Source of the DNA: a virus | Reading direction: 5' to 3' (one strand) | IMG/VR virus record: IMGVR_UViG_3300050821_005171 | Span: 1-64,000 of that record | Length of the DNA stretch: 64,000 bases | Shown: positions 9,809 through 20,147 of the stretch, piece by piece | Position numbering within the stretch: position 1 is the first letter of the stretch | How the letters are laid out: each line of letters begins with the position of its first letter | The notes under the pieces: model-generated | Databases searched by the model: none | What the model was told of the DNA's origin: nothing | The model's input: the letters and a program-made list of their open reading frames with translations, nothing else | Program-made: the position numbers and the translations under genes

Positions 9809-12800
9809 CTATCCTGCGATCGCAACCCTACCGTCTGGAGTCAGTGCTGGCAAGAATTGCGGAGCCGCACCGACAGAATACAGGTTTGAGATTTCGAGTG
9901 CGACCTGCTGAAGAATTCCGGTCTGGGCATCAAACACGTCGGCAACGAGTGTCCCGTTTTGCGCGATAGGGCTTACAGACGTCCCGTTGTAAATTGCATA
10001 TACCTGACTGTCTCCTGGACGGATCAACACGCTTTCAGCGGCCGTAGCAAATCCTGCCCACTGCACATTGAAGTCGTCGTCGATCTTTAGGATACCGGTC
10101 GGAGCACCGAGCGGGAATCTCGTTGGGGCCACGGAGAGGAATCCCTGTCCCGTTACGCCCTGCTGCGAGATCGCTGCCACAAAACTTCCACCAGTCACCC
10201 CAGAGTGGTCGATCATCATTAGATTGAGCGGCCCCGGAAGATTTGCAAACGTAATCGTATGCGTGAAATTCGGGCTCGTGCCAGCCGTCGAAACTGTCAC
10301 CTCTTCCAAACCGGGAAGGACTGCCAATGCACTTTGCACCGTCGGCCCATCGGCGTTGTACGCGAGCTGGCCTGTCGTTTGAGTGTTTCCGTTCGGATCG
10401 ACAAGGCTGATCGTATATGTACCCGCAGTTGGCGTCCCGGTAACTGTCAGCGTCTGGATCGGATACCCCTGAAACTGTAAGAGGCTGATCCCCGTACCGA
10501 CGCCGATGAAGTTGACAGTGATCTCGCCGTTCGCCAGGGTCACATTGTTTCCCTGATTTACGAAGCTGAACGAGTTTGTGACAGTGATCGATCCCATGCC
10601 AGGAAAGGCCCGCAGTGCAGTCTGGATTTGGGCCGCTGTCGCGTTGTAGAGCAAGATCGAAGTCGTGTGAGAGACCCCGCTTTTGTCGACCCACTGGATC
10701 GTATATCCGAGCTTAGCCGAGCCCTGATGCAAGATTGCTGGCGTGAATGTCCCGCCTGTCGTGCCACTTGTGACCGAGATCACCGGCAGCGGACCGGGCA
10801 CGTTTACGAACGTGATTGTGTGTACAAAATTCGGGCTGGTTCCACTTGACGATACCTGAGTGCCAATAAACGCGACACCAAGTGCCTGGATCGCACTCTG
10901 CACTTGAGCCGCCACTGCGCTAAATCCGAGCGGCGTCGTCGTGAAACTGTTGCTGCTCGCGTCGGTGACGGTGATCGTATAGGTGCCAGCCGTAGGAGTC
11001 CCGCTCACAGTCAGGCTTTGCGTCGGGTACGGGCCTCCCATATTCTGGCAATCGCCGCTGATCGTGATTAGCTGAACTTCGACTGATCCTGGTTGCAGCG
11101 TCGACACCGTGAACGTCCCGCCGGTCGTAGAGTTATTCACCGTCATCAAATGCAGAATCGGTCCGCCAAGATTAGTGAACGTGATCGTGTGCGTAAAATT
11201 TGGCGATGTTCCGCTCGTAAGCACCACGAAGTTGGCCATCGCTGGAATAGCCTGGAGCGCGGCCTGCACATCGCCCTGGGTCGCGTTGTAGTTAAGCGTT
11301 GATGTTGTGTGCGGATTTCCTTGCTGATCGGTCCAGCTAATCGTGTACGTGCCACTCGTAGGGGTCCCAGTGATGGCTATTCTCTGGATGGCGTCAACGC
11401 CAGGGGTCGCCACACTGACGGCAAACGTAGCTCCAATCTCTGCCGTGCTGTTGACCACGGTCATTGCATTGATCGTCTGGCCTTCCAGGCCGTAGAACAC
11501 GATCCGATGGCTGAAATTAGGGCTCGTGCCGCGAGTAATCACCACCAAGTTCGGAAGCCCGGTCATAGCCCGCAGCGCAGTCTGGAGGTCAGATTGAGTG
11601 GCGTTGAAATGCAGCGGAGGCGTAGAGACCGGTTGATTTAGCGTGTTAACCCAATCTACGGTATAAGTCCCGAACGTAGGAAACAGCGCCATTGCGATGT
11701 CTTGCATCGGTGGCGCTGGCTTTGTGGCATCCGTGCCGACAACGTAAAGCATCCCATCGCTGCCCACGCAGAATGGCGAGTTCTGCCCGATCGTTAGCGG
11801 CTGGACAGTCACCGTGACAATCGACTGAGGAAAGCTGCCCGGATTGATTACATTCACAAAAAACCCTACGTTCATAGTGCTTTCGGCAATCTGAATCGCA
11901 GGGATTGGCCCTCCCATGTTCACAAACGAAAGCGTGTGGTTTAGCTCTACAGTCGATCCTCCGACCACTCCGGATGTGGTGACGACGGTTACCGCAGAGA
12001 AGCCGGACACCGCTTGGATCGCAGCTTGCACCGTAGCCTGATCGGCGTTGTAAATCAGAGGATCGGTCTCACCTGTGTTTCCAAGCCTATCAAACAGGGT
12101 AATCCGATAGCTCCCGCTAGGGGGGCCTGTGAGCCCAAAGAACGACACAATGAGCAATTGTGTCGCCGTATTGCCGCCGGTTACGGCTCCCACCGATACC
12201 GTAGCGCCCAGCATCGTGCTGGTCGCCGATCCAGCCGGAAACGCACCATGCTGATCGATGTAGGTGACGACGTGCTGCGTGGTTTGAATTAGCACATGGC
12301 CAACACCCGACACGGGAGAAATGCTCGGAGTTTGGAGCGTCGTGGATGCGACCGTGAACACAGAGAAGATGCCGCCCAGCGCCTGGATTGCGTCCTGCAC
12401 CTCCTGCTGTGTTGCGTTCCATTGAAGCGGGCTGGCAACGAATGGGGTGCTGGTTTGGTCGCGTAGCGTGAGTGTCCAGGTCCCAGTAGCTGCCAGCGTC
12501 GGGTTAGTCAGAGCATCGCCGATTGCTAGAAACCCTCCACTCTTGGTCGCCAGTGGCATGCAGTCCGGCCACATCCATGCATTGGTCTCTTCTGTGAATT
12601 CACCTGCTGGCTGAATCGACCAATAATTTCCGGCCGTCGTGCTCGGAGCTGGGACTGGCAAGGTTGTCTGTCCACGCGACGAAAAAATGATTCCGGATGT
12701 CGTGGTCGAATCGACCGTAATGGGCCCAGTCCCTGGAAATCTCCATACCGCGTAGAACTTAGAGCCCGTCTTGTAAACGCTCCCGCTCGATGCCCCAGTA

Positions 12801-15463
12801 GGCTTTTGATCGTATTGTGTGACCTCAGTTCCCCTGGTATACGTGCCTCCAGATAGAAACCCGTCGCTGCCATCACTTTCCAAGACTAGCTCGTTTGGAT
12901 AGCTTGCCGGACTGACCGGGTCCATGATCGTCAGCGTGGCCCCAGTCACGCTATTGGCCGTTTGAATCAGCGGATTGACAGGCAGTCCCAGATTCGTAAA
13001 CGTGAAATTAAACGTAAGGGAATATCCGAAATTGTCTCCGGGCTGACCTGGTTGGCCATTCCCTGCCTGTGCTCCAGTCGGCATGTATCCATTCGTGGAC
13101 GCGAACGCCTCAGTAACCGCCACCGACACGTTTGTCAGTGGCACCCCAGACGCAGTCAGCGCGGTATTTGCAGCAGCGTTATCGGCCGTTGCGTCGATCG
13201 GTCCGATCGTGAACGTATGACTGCTTGCGTCCGTCCAGGAGAGCGTGAATGTTCCATCAACGGTGCAATCCGGGTCCGTGGTGGCGATCGTGACGATTTG
13301 GGTTTGCACGGTCGTGTAAATGAACGGAACATGAGGCCAGTAGAAGGCTCCATTTGCGTTGGTCGCGCAATAAGTGCTTGCGAACCCACCGTAATAGACG
13401 CTCCCGCTCCGTGGTCCCCAGGGCATCACGATCAGTGGATTTTGGTGTGGAATGAGCAGGGTGGGATTATAGAAGAAGTCGTAGTCCTGTTGCCCGAACG
13501 GATCGAACGTCTGCACAACCGAAGGTGCAGCCGCAGCCACGCCGGCCGTGATCCTTGAGACCACGAAATCTCCGGTGTTCGTGCTGTTGGTGATCGAGAT
13601 CAAATTGAGTGGGCCGTTGAATCCACGGAATGTGATTTGGTGCGTGTAATTTGGCACTGTGCCGGTCGACACAACAGTGACGGCGATGATCCCAAATAGC
13701 CCCTGCAAGGCTGACTCTACGTCGCCCTCTCCGGCATTCCAGTTCAACGGCACGGTCGTCAGATGCGCTCCGCTCGGATGGACCCAATTGATATGATATG
13801 TGCCGGATGACGGAGTTCCTGTGATTGCGATCTGCTGGACCTCGTCGACTGACGGCGGTACGTCAACCAGCTCGTATTTCTGCTGAAATGGCGACGTAGC
13901 TACAAGTCCACCTGTCATGTCGACCACATGCAGGCTCTTGATACTCCCCAGAAACCCGGTAAACGTGATCGTGTGCGTGATGGTGGTGTAGTTCGGATTT
14001 GTGCCCACCGTCGTCACGACGTCAGCGGGAGCCCACGGGACCTGTCCTGATGGAACCGTGACGGCCGCCAATGGCGTGGCAAATGACGTTTGCAGGCTCG
14101 CCGCAATTTGAGCCGTCGTGACCGTTTGTTGGTTTGGGTTGTTCCAAGTCGCACGAATCAGGATGTACCCACTGAAAACCAGCACAGGGTTGCCAGTGAA
14201 TGTAATTGTCCACTTCTCGACATTCGATCCTCCAGCCGGAGACATCAGCGTAAACACTGGAGGATTCGAGTTTGGGTATGGCGTTCCATTGACGATCTCG
14301 GTGAAGGCCAAGCCATACATTGGCCCTCCAAACCCCGGGAAAGTGAACGTCAGTGTCGCGGATGGATAGCTACCAGACTGCGTCACGGTCACCGTGGCGA
14401 GTGGCAAAATTGCCTGAATTGCCGCCTGCACAGTAGCGGCGCTGGCATCGTACCGCAGAACACTCGTGACATAAGTCTGGCCGTTCAGGTCCTTCCAATT
14501 GATCTTGTAGGTCCGAGGATCATCGACCTGCGTGATTGCGATTTGCTGGACTTCCGTCGTGCCGTGCGTGATCTCCGTGACAACAAACGTCTCGCCTGGA
14601 AAGGCCGCGTTGAGATCGGCAGCCGTCGTCGCATTCGTGATCGTCATTAGGTTGAGCGGCCCAGTGAGCCCCGTGAACGTCACGGTATGCGTGAAATTGG
14701 GGGACGTTCCTGTTGTCGCGACCGTAGCCGAACCGAAGCCTGGGCAAGCCTGGATCGCGGCCTGCACTGCCGCCTGATTAGCATTCCACTGAAGATCAGC
14801 AGTGCGAAAGGCGTTCCCTGAACCATCCGTGAGAACGATCTTATAGGTGCCCACCGTCCTAGCTGGAGACGTCGGTGAAAATTGCTGGGTCGGCTCACTG
14901 CCAACAGTGACCTGCGCAATCGCCACCTGCATGGCGAAGATTTGATTGCCGACCGTAAATCCGCCGGCCGACGATCCAATGGTTCCCTGGGTTCTCTGGA
15001 AGAACGAGTGAACCTGCCCGATCAGATAGCCACCATTGGGCTTAGCGGCGACTGCAAGAATACCCACCGTCTCGTTGCTGTACGGCGTGCTGTCAGACGC
15101 TTCGCCAATAGGATTCTCGCTGAACAGCGGGTCGTATCGCAGCTTTGGCGCGACCCCGACAACAGTTCCGATGTCTGGGACCTGCCCAACAAGTGGATAT
15201 ACGAACAGCGAGTGATAGGCCGGGAACGGAACATCAATCGCGAGTCCGGCGATCGTCTCGTCGTTCTGGCTGATGTCGAACTGCTCTCCGACCTGAATGT
15301 TCGTGGGTGGACCAGGAGCCAGAGAGGTGGATTTCTTGAGAATCTGCTCGGCTGTCCCGTCTGCGAAGTATCTTGGAGCAAACGTGTTGGCGGTCAGGCC
15401 GCCGTCATTGAACCAGATTTCGATGCCGGTCCGACAGCATAGGCAACTCCAGAACCAAGTCAA
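9809..15463 (-). CDS. Giant repeat-containing tail fibre/receptor-binding protein (1884 aa)
   Basis: About 12 copies of a ~95-aa GTP.GTY...YNAT..VQ.ALQA...SPNFTHTITF repeat; downstream of tape measure and tail-tip genes. Confidence 0.75.
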   Translation of the reverse strand: MTWFWSCLCCRTGIEIWFNDGGLTANTFAPRYFADGTAEQILKKSTSLAPGPPTNIQVGEQFDISQNDETIAGLAIDVPFPAYHSLFVYPLVGQVPDIGTVVGVAPKLRYDPLFSENPIGEASDSTPYSNETVGILAVAAKPNGGYLIGQVHSFFQRTQGTIGSSAGGFTVGNQIFAMQVAIAQVTVGSEPTQQFSPTSPARTVGTYKIVLTDGSGNAFRTADLQWNANQAAVQAAIQACPGFGSATVATTGTSPNFTHTVTFTGLTGPLNLMTITNATTAADLNAAFPGETFVVTEITHGTTEVQQIAITQVDDPRTYKINWKDLNGQTYVTSVLRYDASAATVQAAIQAILPLATVTVTQSGSYPSATLTFTFPGFGGPMYGLAFTEIVNGTPYPNSNPPVFTLMSPAGGSNVEKWTITFTGNPVLVFSGYILIRATWNNPNQQTVTTAQIAASLQTSFATPLAAVTVPSGQVPWAPADVVTTVGTNPNYTTITHTITFTGFLGSIKSLHVVDMTGGLVATSPFQQKYELVDVPPSVDEVQQIAITGTPSSGTYHINWVHPSGAHLTTVPLNWNAGEGDVESALQGLFGIIAVTVVSTGTVPNYTHQITFRGFNGPLNLISITNSTNTGDFVVSRITAGVAAAAPSVVQTFDPFGQQDYDFFYNPTLLIPHQNPLIVMPWGPRSGSVYYGGFASTYCATNANGAFYWPHVPFIYTTVQTQIVTIATTDPDCTVDGTFTLSWTDASSHTFTIGPIDATADNAAANTALTASGVPLTNVSVAVTEAFASTNGYMPTGAQAGNGQPGQPGDNFGYSLTFNFTFTNLGLPVNPLIQTANSVTGATLTIMDPVSPASYPNELVLESDGSDGFLSGGTYTRGTEVTQYDQKPTGASSGSVYKTGSKFYAVWRFPGTGPITVDSTTTSGIIFSSRGQTTLPVPAPSTTAGNYWSIQPAGEFTEETNAWMWPDCMPLATKSGGFLAIGDALTNPTLAATGTWTLTLRDQTSTPFVASPLQWNATQQEVQDAIQALGGIFSVFTVASTTLQTPSISPVSGVGHVLIQTTQHVVTYIDQHGAFPAGSATSTMLGATVSVGAVTGGNTATQLLIVSFFGLTGPPSGSYRITLFDRLGNTGETDPLIYNADQATVQAAIQAVSGFSAVTVVTTSGVVGGSTVELNHTLSFVNMGGPIPAIQIAESTMNVGFFVNVINPGSFPQSIVTVTVQPLTIGQNSPFCVGSDGMLYVVGTDATKPAPPMQDIAMALFPTFGTYTVDWVNTLNQPVSTPPLHFNATQSDLQTALRAMTGLPNLVVITRGTSPNFSHRIVFYGLEGQTINAMTVVNSTAEIGATFAVSVATPGVDAIQRIAITGTPTSGTYTISWTDQQGNPHTTSTLNYNATQGDVQAALQAIPAMANFVVLTSGTSPNFTHTITFTNLGGPILHLMTVNNSTTGGTFTVSTLQPGSVEVQLITISGDCQNMGGPYPTQSLTVSGTPTAGTYTITVTDASSNSFTTTPLGFSAVAAQVQSAIQALGVAFIGTQVSSSGTSPNFVHTITFVNVPGPLPVISVTSGTTGGTFTPAILHQGSAKLGYTIQWVDKSGVSHTTSILLYNATAAQIQTALRAFPGMGSITVTNSFSFVNQGNNVTLANGEITVNFIGVGTGISLLQFQGYPIQTLTVTGTPTAGTYTISLVDPNGNTQTTGQLAYNADGPTVQSALAVLPGLEEVTVSTAGTSPNFTHTITFANLPGPLNLMMIDHSGVTGGSFVAAISQQGVTGQGFLSVAPTRFPLGAPTGILKIDDDFNVQWAGFATAAESVLIRPGDSQVYAIYNGTSVSPIAQNGTLVADVFDAQTGILQQVALEISNLYSVGAAPQFLPALTPDGRVAIAG

Positions 15464-15894
15464 TTCGGCCCCCCTGTATCACCGGCCGCGCAGGGGTCGC
15501 CACCGATGATCTCGTAGATCGTGCCGCCGCCATTTAGGTCTGTGATGTAAATCCACACATCTCCTGCCAAGTTGGCAATTCGATTGTAAGCCTGAACCTG
15601 TTCCGGTTCGCTGGCCGTAAGCGTCTCCGTGGCGGTGCCATCCGAGTTGACCGTGTAGAGATTGACGGCCTGCGCCTTCAGGGCGTCGTGACGACCAACG
15701 GTTTTTGCCAGAAGGATCGGTTGCGATGACGAGGCAAAGATCGAGAGGATCGTGCCCCCAGCAGTGCGATGCACTTCGCCCTGGCCGACCACTTTTGTAA
15801 TCAGCGAGGATTGGATCGCATCGACGAGCACATTCCAATCGTTGGCCGAGACCGGCTTCCCCATGAACGCTCTCGGCAGCGGCACCATTGTCAT
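15460..15894 (-). CDS. Minor tail protein
   Basis: Position; GKPVSANDWNVLVDAI N-terminus typical of tail-tip proteins. Confidence 0.55.
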   Translation of the reverse strand: MTMVPLPRAFMGKPVSANDWNVLVDAIQSSLITKVVGQGEVHRTAGGTILSIFASSSQPILLAKTVGRHDALKAQAVNLYTVNSDGTATETLTASEPEQVQAYNRIANLAGDVWIYITDLNGGGTIYEIIGGDPCAAGDTGGPN

Positions 15895-17072
15895 TGGACG
15901 TATGGCAATCCGATCTGGAGTGTGGCCCCTGGCGGAGCGTTGATCGAGAGCCCAAAGTCGAAACTAGAAGACGGATTCCCACCAGTAGGATCGGTATAGA
16001 GGTTGCCCACCGTGAACAGCTTGTAAAAGTCTACCTCTGGAAAAATATCGTCTTTGGTTTGAGTGCTGACCACCCGCTGGTAGTTCGGATCGGTCCCCTT
16101 GGGATGCGTCCTGAAGAAATAGTCCCATCCGGCAAAATCGCTGGCCTCGATCAAGATTTGCCGAATCTGAAACTTAAAGTGCAGGGACCACATCGTGACG
16201 CCGAGTGCATCATTATTTGGATTGACTCCCGTGTTGAATGGATTGGAATCCGAAGGGTTTCCTACTTGCATCGTGGCGTCAGCGCCACAGCCCACAAACA
16301 TGACCGTCCGCTCAGGCAGCCCAAAGAACGGCTTACTATTTAGCGCTCCGACTGACTGCTCGATCCTGCTCCACGGAGGAAGCGGGACGAACTTCCAGGC
16401 AATGTCGACAGTCTGGGTCGGCTCGAACTTGGTGACGTTGACGTTTTGTTCTACGGGGTCATATACGCCATTTATTTGCCACGAAAGACCTGGAGTCGGC
16501 AGCAAAATCGCGTTTGCGCCAAAGTCTGTTTTGAATTCGAGCGCGACGCCTACTGGAATCTGAGGGTCATCGTCGTTTGTGTAATACCGCTTGGTGACAT
16601 ACGAGACGGTGGCCTTGTACCCATTCGTAGGCTTCGGCAGGTTGAGCTGATTTCCGTCCGGGCCTACGCTGGAGTCAGTCCAGCAGATATCGTCAATTGC
16701 ACCCATCGGGACGACGTGGATGTGATCTACAGCCAGCCAAGGCTTTCCAGGAAATGTAGCCGGGAGCCACGTTTGGAAGATGTTTGAACCCGTTCCAGAC
16801 GGGATCGTACCCCACTGATAGCTACCACCAAAATCGATCATGAAGGCATCGATTTGGTCCCACGGCACGATGAACTGCCTCTGGGCGGTCTGCCTCCCCT
16901 CTCGCGGAGTATAGGTGTAGGTAAGACCAGCCGTTTCCAGCAGGCAGTATTGATTTCCACTCACACGCCCGACAACAGTCAGGGCAGATGCGGCCGGAGC
17001 CAGATCACCACACGACGTGTCGATCATCGTGAGCGGATCGGTGTTGTCCGGATAGTGGTGATGTCTTGTCAT
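15891..17072 (-). CDS. Minor tail (tail-tip/hub) protein
   Basis: Immediately downstream of tape measure; beta-rich. Confidence 0.6.
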   Translation of the reverse strand: MTRHHHYPDNTDPLTMIDTSCGDLAPAASALTVVGRVSGNQYCLLETAGLTYTYTPREGRQTAQRQFIVPWDQIDAFMIDFGGSYQWGTIPSGTGSNIFQTWLPATFPGKPWLAVDHIHVVPMGAIDDICWTDSSVGPDGNQLNLPKPTNGYKATVSYVTKRYYTNDDDPQIPVGVALEFKTDFGANAILLPTPGLSWQINGVYDPVEQNVNVTKFEPTQTVDIAWKFVPLPPWSRIEQSVGALNSKPFFGLPERTVMFVGCGADATMQVGNPSDSNPFNTGVNPNNDALGVTMWSLHFKFQIRQILIEASDFAGWDYFFRTHPKGTDPNYQRVVSTQTKDDIFPEVDFYKLFTVGNLYTDPTGGNPSSSFDFGLSINAPPGATLQIGLPYVQ

Positions 17073-17080
17073 TTAGGTGG

Positions 17081-18541
17081 CTATCTCGAAAAACCGAACA
17101 TGGCATTGGCCGCTCGACCGGCCACTTCACGCTTTCCGGCCTCTGTTTGATTGAACCATTCTTGCGCAACCTTCTCGACGGTCCCTAAGATACCTTCGGT
17201 GGCCAGGGCCGTCCGTCGCGCGTCGTCATCGCGAAGCATCGTGTTTTGGATTGCGGCATGGACCTGGGACACGTCCATAACCCCTGACGCTTCCCCTTCG
17301 ATAGCGTTCATTCGCTTTTGGCGAATTTCGTCGAGCAGCTTGAATTTTGGATCGCCAGCCTTTGCGATATCAGAAAGCTGCGATTTCTGCATGAGGTAGT
17401 CCTTTTGGACCAGCAGTCTCTGGTAATCCCTGGGACGCGCCCCCTGCATGAGTTGCTCATTGAAAGCCCTGGATTGCTGCCCCTCAATTGCCGCGAGGCG
17501 AGCCTTCGCCATTGCCGCCTCCTGATTGGCGTCCTGCTCTTCATCGGCAGCCTTCTTGACGTTGGGCGGCTCTGTTTTCATTTGCGTACGCGCATTTGAA
17601 GACAGAAACTTCTCGGCCTGTTCCGGGGTAAGGCCCTGACTTTTGTCGTATGCGCGCCTTCCTAGTATTTCTGCAATGACATCCGGATCACGAGATGCGG
17701 TAACTAGTTTTTCTTGATCGATAGAAAGCTCTTTAGGAAGCCCCTTAATCGAGTCGTATCCACCGGCAGCGCGCTGCTTAATATCAACTCCAAACTGCTT
17801 TGCAATGTCGTATCCGAGGCCCCTGAATGCTGCTTTGTAGTCCACGTTTCCAGTCTGCTTGCTGTAATTTGAGCTGAACATCGTCGACAATTTTTGCCAT
17901 GCCTCACCTGCCGCACCGGAGAACCCACGCCCCGGAATCTGCGTGTTAATGGCCTTGGCCTGCTCCTCGGTGAGTTTTTGGGAGGCGAACTTCGCCCTTT
18001 TCTCCAAATCCGGCATCTCGGCCCTTAGCTGCATCTTTTCAGACTGGAGGGCTGCCGCATCCATCTTCACCGCCTGCATGGAAGCATCCCTACTGACCTT
18101 TTGGAGCTGTAGCCGTTTGTCGAAAATGTCGTTCAGGTTTTCCAGTTCTTGCGACATCTTCTTGAAGGCGTTCGTCTGCTGGTCGGTGAATCCGAGCAGG
18201 CTCGCAAAGGCTGGAATCAACGCCGACGTCAGGCTGACCGCGAGGCCGCCAACAGCCCCCTGCAATGGACCCATGATCGAAAAGACCTGGGCGAAATTGT
18301 TGGAGCTGGCGATCAGCGCACCACGAAGCCCGGTCTGACCCCAGACGGTGATGGCGTCCTGGATTCCATAGGAAAGCTGCTGCATGGCGAGCCCGAATTT
18401 CTTGCCAGCCACAGAGCCATGCTGCATCTCTTCCGACGTTTGCTTGGCCTGCGACTTAACGCGGGCGAGCGCCCCGGTGAGATTCTGCTCGCCCGTCGCG
18501 CCAAACTGGACGCCAATTCCGCCGATAATCTGAGTCGGCAT
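17081..18541 (-). CDS. Tape measure protein (short, 486 aa)
   Basis: Helical, Ala/Gln-rich; QQLSYGIQDA...ALIASSNNFAQ; follows tail chaperones. Confidence 0.75.
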   Translation of the reverse strand: MPTQIIGGIGVQFGATGEQNLTGALARVKSQAKQTSEEMQHGSVAGKKFGLAMQQLSYGIQDAITVWGQTGLRGALIASSNNFAQVFSIMGPLQGAVGGLAVSLTSALIPAFASLLGFTDQQTNAFKKMSQELENLNDIFDKRLQLQKVSRDASMQAVKMDAAALQSEKMQLRAEMPDLEKRAKFASQKLTEEQAKAINTQIPGRGFSGAAGEAWQKLSTMFSSNYSKQTGNVDYKAAFRGLGYDIAKQFGVDIKQRAAGGYDSIKGLPKELSIDQEKLVTASRDPDVIAEILGRRAYDKSQGLTPEQAEKFLSSNARTQMKTEPPNVKKAADEEQDANQEAAMAKARLAAIEGQQSRAFNEQLMQGARPRDYQRLLVQKDYLMQKSQLSDIAKAGDPKFKLLDEIRQKRMNAIEGEASGVMDVSQVHAAIQNTMLRDDDARRTALATEGILGTVEKVAQEWFNQTEAGKREVAGRAANAMFGFSR

Positions 18542-18545
18542 TCAA

Positions 18546-18995
18546 TTACCCGCCTTGTGCGTTCGGCTCAATCGGTTTGGGATCGTCTTGCTTTGCCGGT
18601 TTTCCGGAGATCGACTCGGTCCAGAATGTGTCTAACTGGTTCCACTGCTCGACGGTCACTTTGGCATAGATCGCATCAGCATCAGCATCCGTGATCGCGT
18701 TATCAAATATCCTGAGTGCGAGCCGGAAATGAAACATCCTCCCTGTGGCCGAATCCATGAAGGCGGCGACTTCTCCCTGTGTGATGATCGTAGAGTTGGC
18801 AAAAATCCTGTACGCCTCGGCGAGCACACGACCGGCGATGTCAGGACCGGCGTTCTTGACTATCTGGGCTGCCAACTCGAACTGTTGCAGATACATCCTC
18901 CGCAACTCTCGCTCGACGTAGACCTGAACCATCAGGCCCGCTGAGCCGAACTTTCGCATCACGCCGTCAACTTCTAGCGGTAGGTTTTGCTGCAT
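18546..18995 (-). CDS. Tail assembly chaperone (G-like paralog)
   Basis: Between tube and tape measure; weak similarity to the N-part of 18967..19668. Confidence 0.55.
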   Translation of the reverse strand: MQQNLPLEVDGVMRKFGSAGLMVQVYVERELRRMYLQQFELAAQIVKNAGPDIAGRVLAEAYRIFANSTIITQGEVAAFMDSATGRMFHFRLALRIFDNAITDADADAIYAKVTVEQWNQLDTFWTESISGKPAKQDDPKPIEPNAQGG

Positions 18996-19668
18996 TGGCC
19001 TCTCGTTTTTGGCGGGTCAAATTGCCCAGTATCTGCTCTGCCCTTTGCCTCAATCTTCGATGCTGCTTGCGTGGAATGGTCGCCGGCTTGTTGACCTCTG
19101 ACTCGCTGGCGATCAGCGATCGATACTGAAAGAGCGTCAGCTTTCCAATGTCGGCCAAGCTGCACTGCCCCATGTCGCAGGCAATTTTGAATCCCCGCTT
19201 CCAGTTTGGCATCTCGTTCTGATTGACGGAATTTCTACTGACCTTTGACGCCCACTCAACATCGCTCATCGAATCAAACGCGCTGATCTGGTTGCGGACC
19301 GCCACGAACTCGAAAGCATCATCGTTAGACCACCCGCCAATCAGGTTGGCACACTCAAGCCAACTCTTTGATCCCCGCAATGAGAGCCACAGGCTCATTA
19401 GGATGCCGGGCTCCGTCGACAGCCAGCCCAGAATGTCCGTAAGGTCGATAGACGTCGCCTCGGCGATGGCTGCGATGCGATACTTGCGGTCCTTTTCGTC
19501 TCCCGTTTTAACGGCGGCCATCGCATCAATAAAAGCAGCGCTACGGCCCTGCAATAGATAGTTCTCGATCGCCCCCAGGTCTCCAATCGTAATTGGATGC
19601 AAGAGCACCATGTCCTGCCCCAGCAGAAATGGCACTCCGGCACCGACGGCGCGAGCGAGAGAAAACAC
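18967..19668 (-). CDS. Tail assembly chaperone with in-frame T-like C-terminus
   Basis: PITIGDLGAIE...WLSTEPGI..LWLSLR then W...IGKLTLFQ; TAGTG coupling to tube gene. Confidence 0.6.
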   Translation of the reverse strand: MFSLARAVGAGVPFLLGQDMVLLHPITIGDLGAIENYLLQGRSAAFIDAMAAVKTGDEKDRKYRIAAIAEATSIDLTDILGWLSTEPGILMSLWLSLRGSKSWLECANLIGGWSNDDAFEFVAVRNQISAFDSMSDVEWASKVSRNSVNQNEMPNWKRGFKIACDMGQCSLADIGKLTLFQYRSLIASESEVNKPATIPRKQHRRLRQRAEQILGNLTRQKREANAAKPTARS

Positions 19669-20117
19669 TATGGCTGCTCCGTGCCTCCAGACACGCAACC
19701 CTCGGCCAGCGTTCCGTCAGGGTAGGTCCACTGACCGTGCGTCACCGCCGTCACGCGCACGCTGATCTCGGTAGCCTGATTGATTTCGACCGTCTCGCCG
19801 ATGGTCTTGATGCGGGCCGGTACGATCCAGTGTCGGACGTTGTTCTCGTACAGCAACAGCGTCACCAGCTCGCCAACTTCGATGATGTCGTAGATCGAAT
19901 CGAAGATGTTGAGGATGACGTCGAACGAAACGTCTCCACGGCACTTGCCCAGCGCGGTGAGATTGAAGCCGTTGCTCCCTGAGTGGCAAAACTCGGGAAC
20001 CGTGGCCTCCATGTTGAACTCCCAGCGCCCGACATCAGCCACGTCGCTGGGGTCGATATGGATGAATCCGCACTGGCCGCTGATGTTGCCGTGTTCTACC
20101 GGGGGAGGATTGGACAT
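19668..20117 (-). CDS. Major tail (tube) protein
   Basis: 149 aa, ISGQCG...VGRWEF...; position before chaperones. Confidence 0.7.
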   Translation of the reverse strand: MSNPPPVEHGNISGQCGFIHIDPSDVADVGRWEFNMEATVPEFCHSGSNGFNLTALGKCRGDVSFDVILNIFDSIYDIIEVGELVTLLLYENNVRHWIVPARIKTIGETVEINQATEISVRVTAVTHGQWTYPDGTLAEGCVSGGTEQP

Positions 20118-20147
20118 CGGAACCCTTTCGTGTCAGGCACCCAAAAA

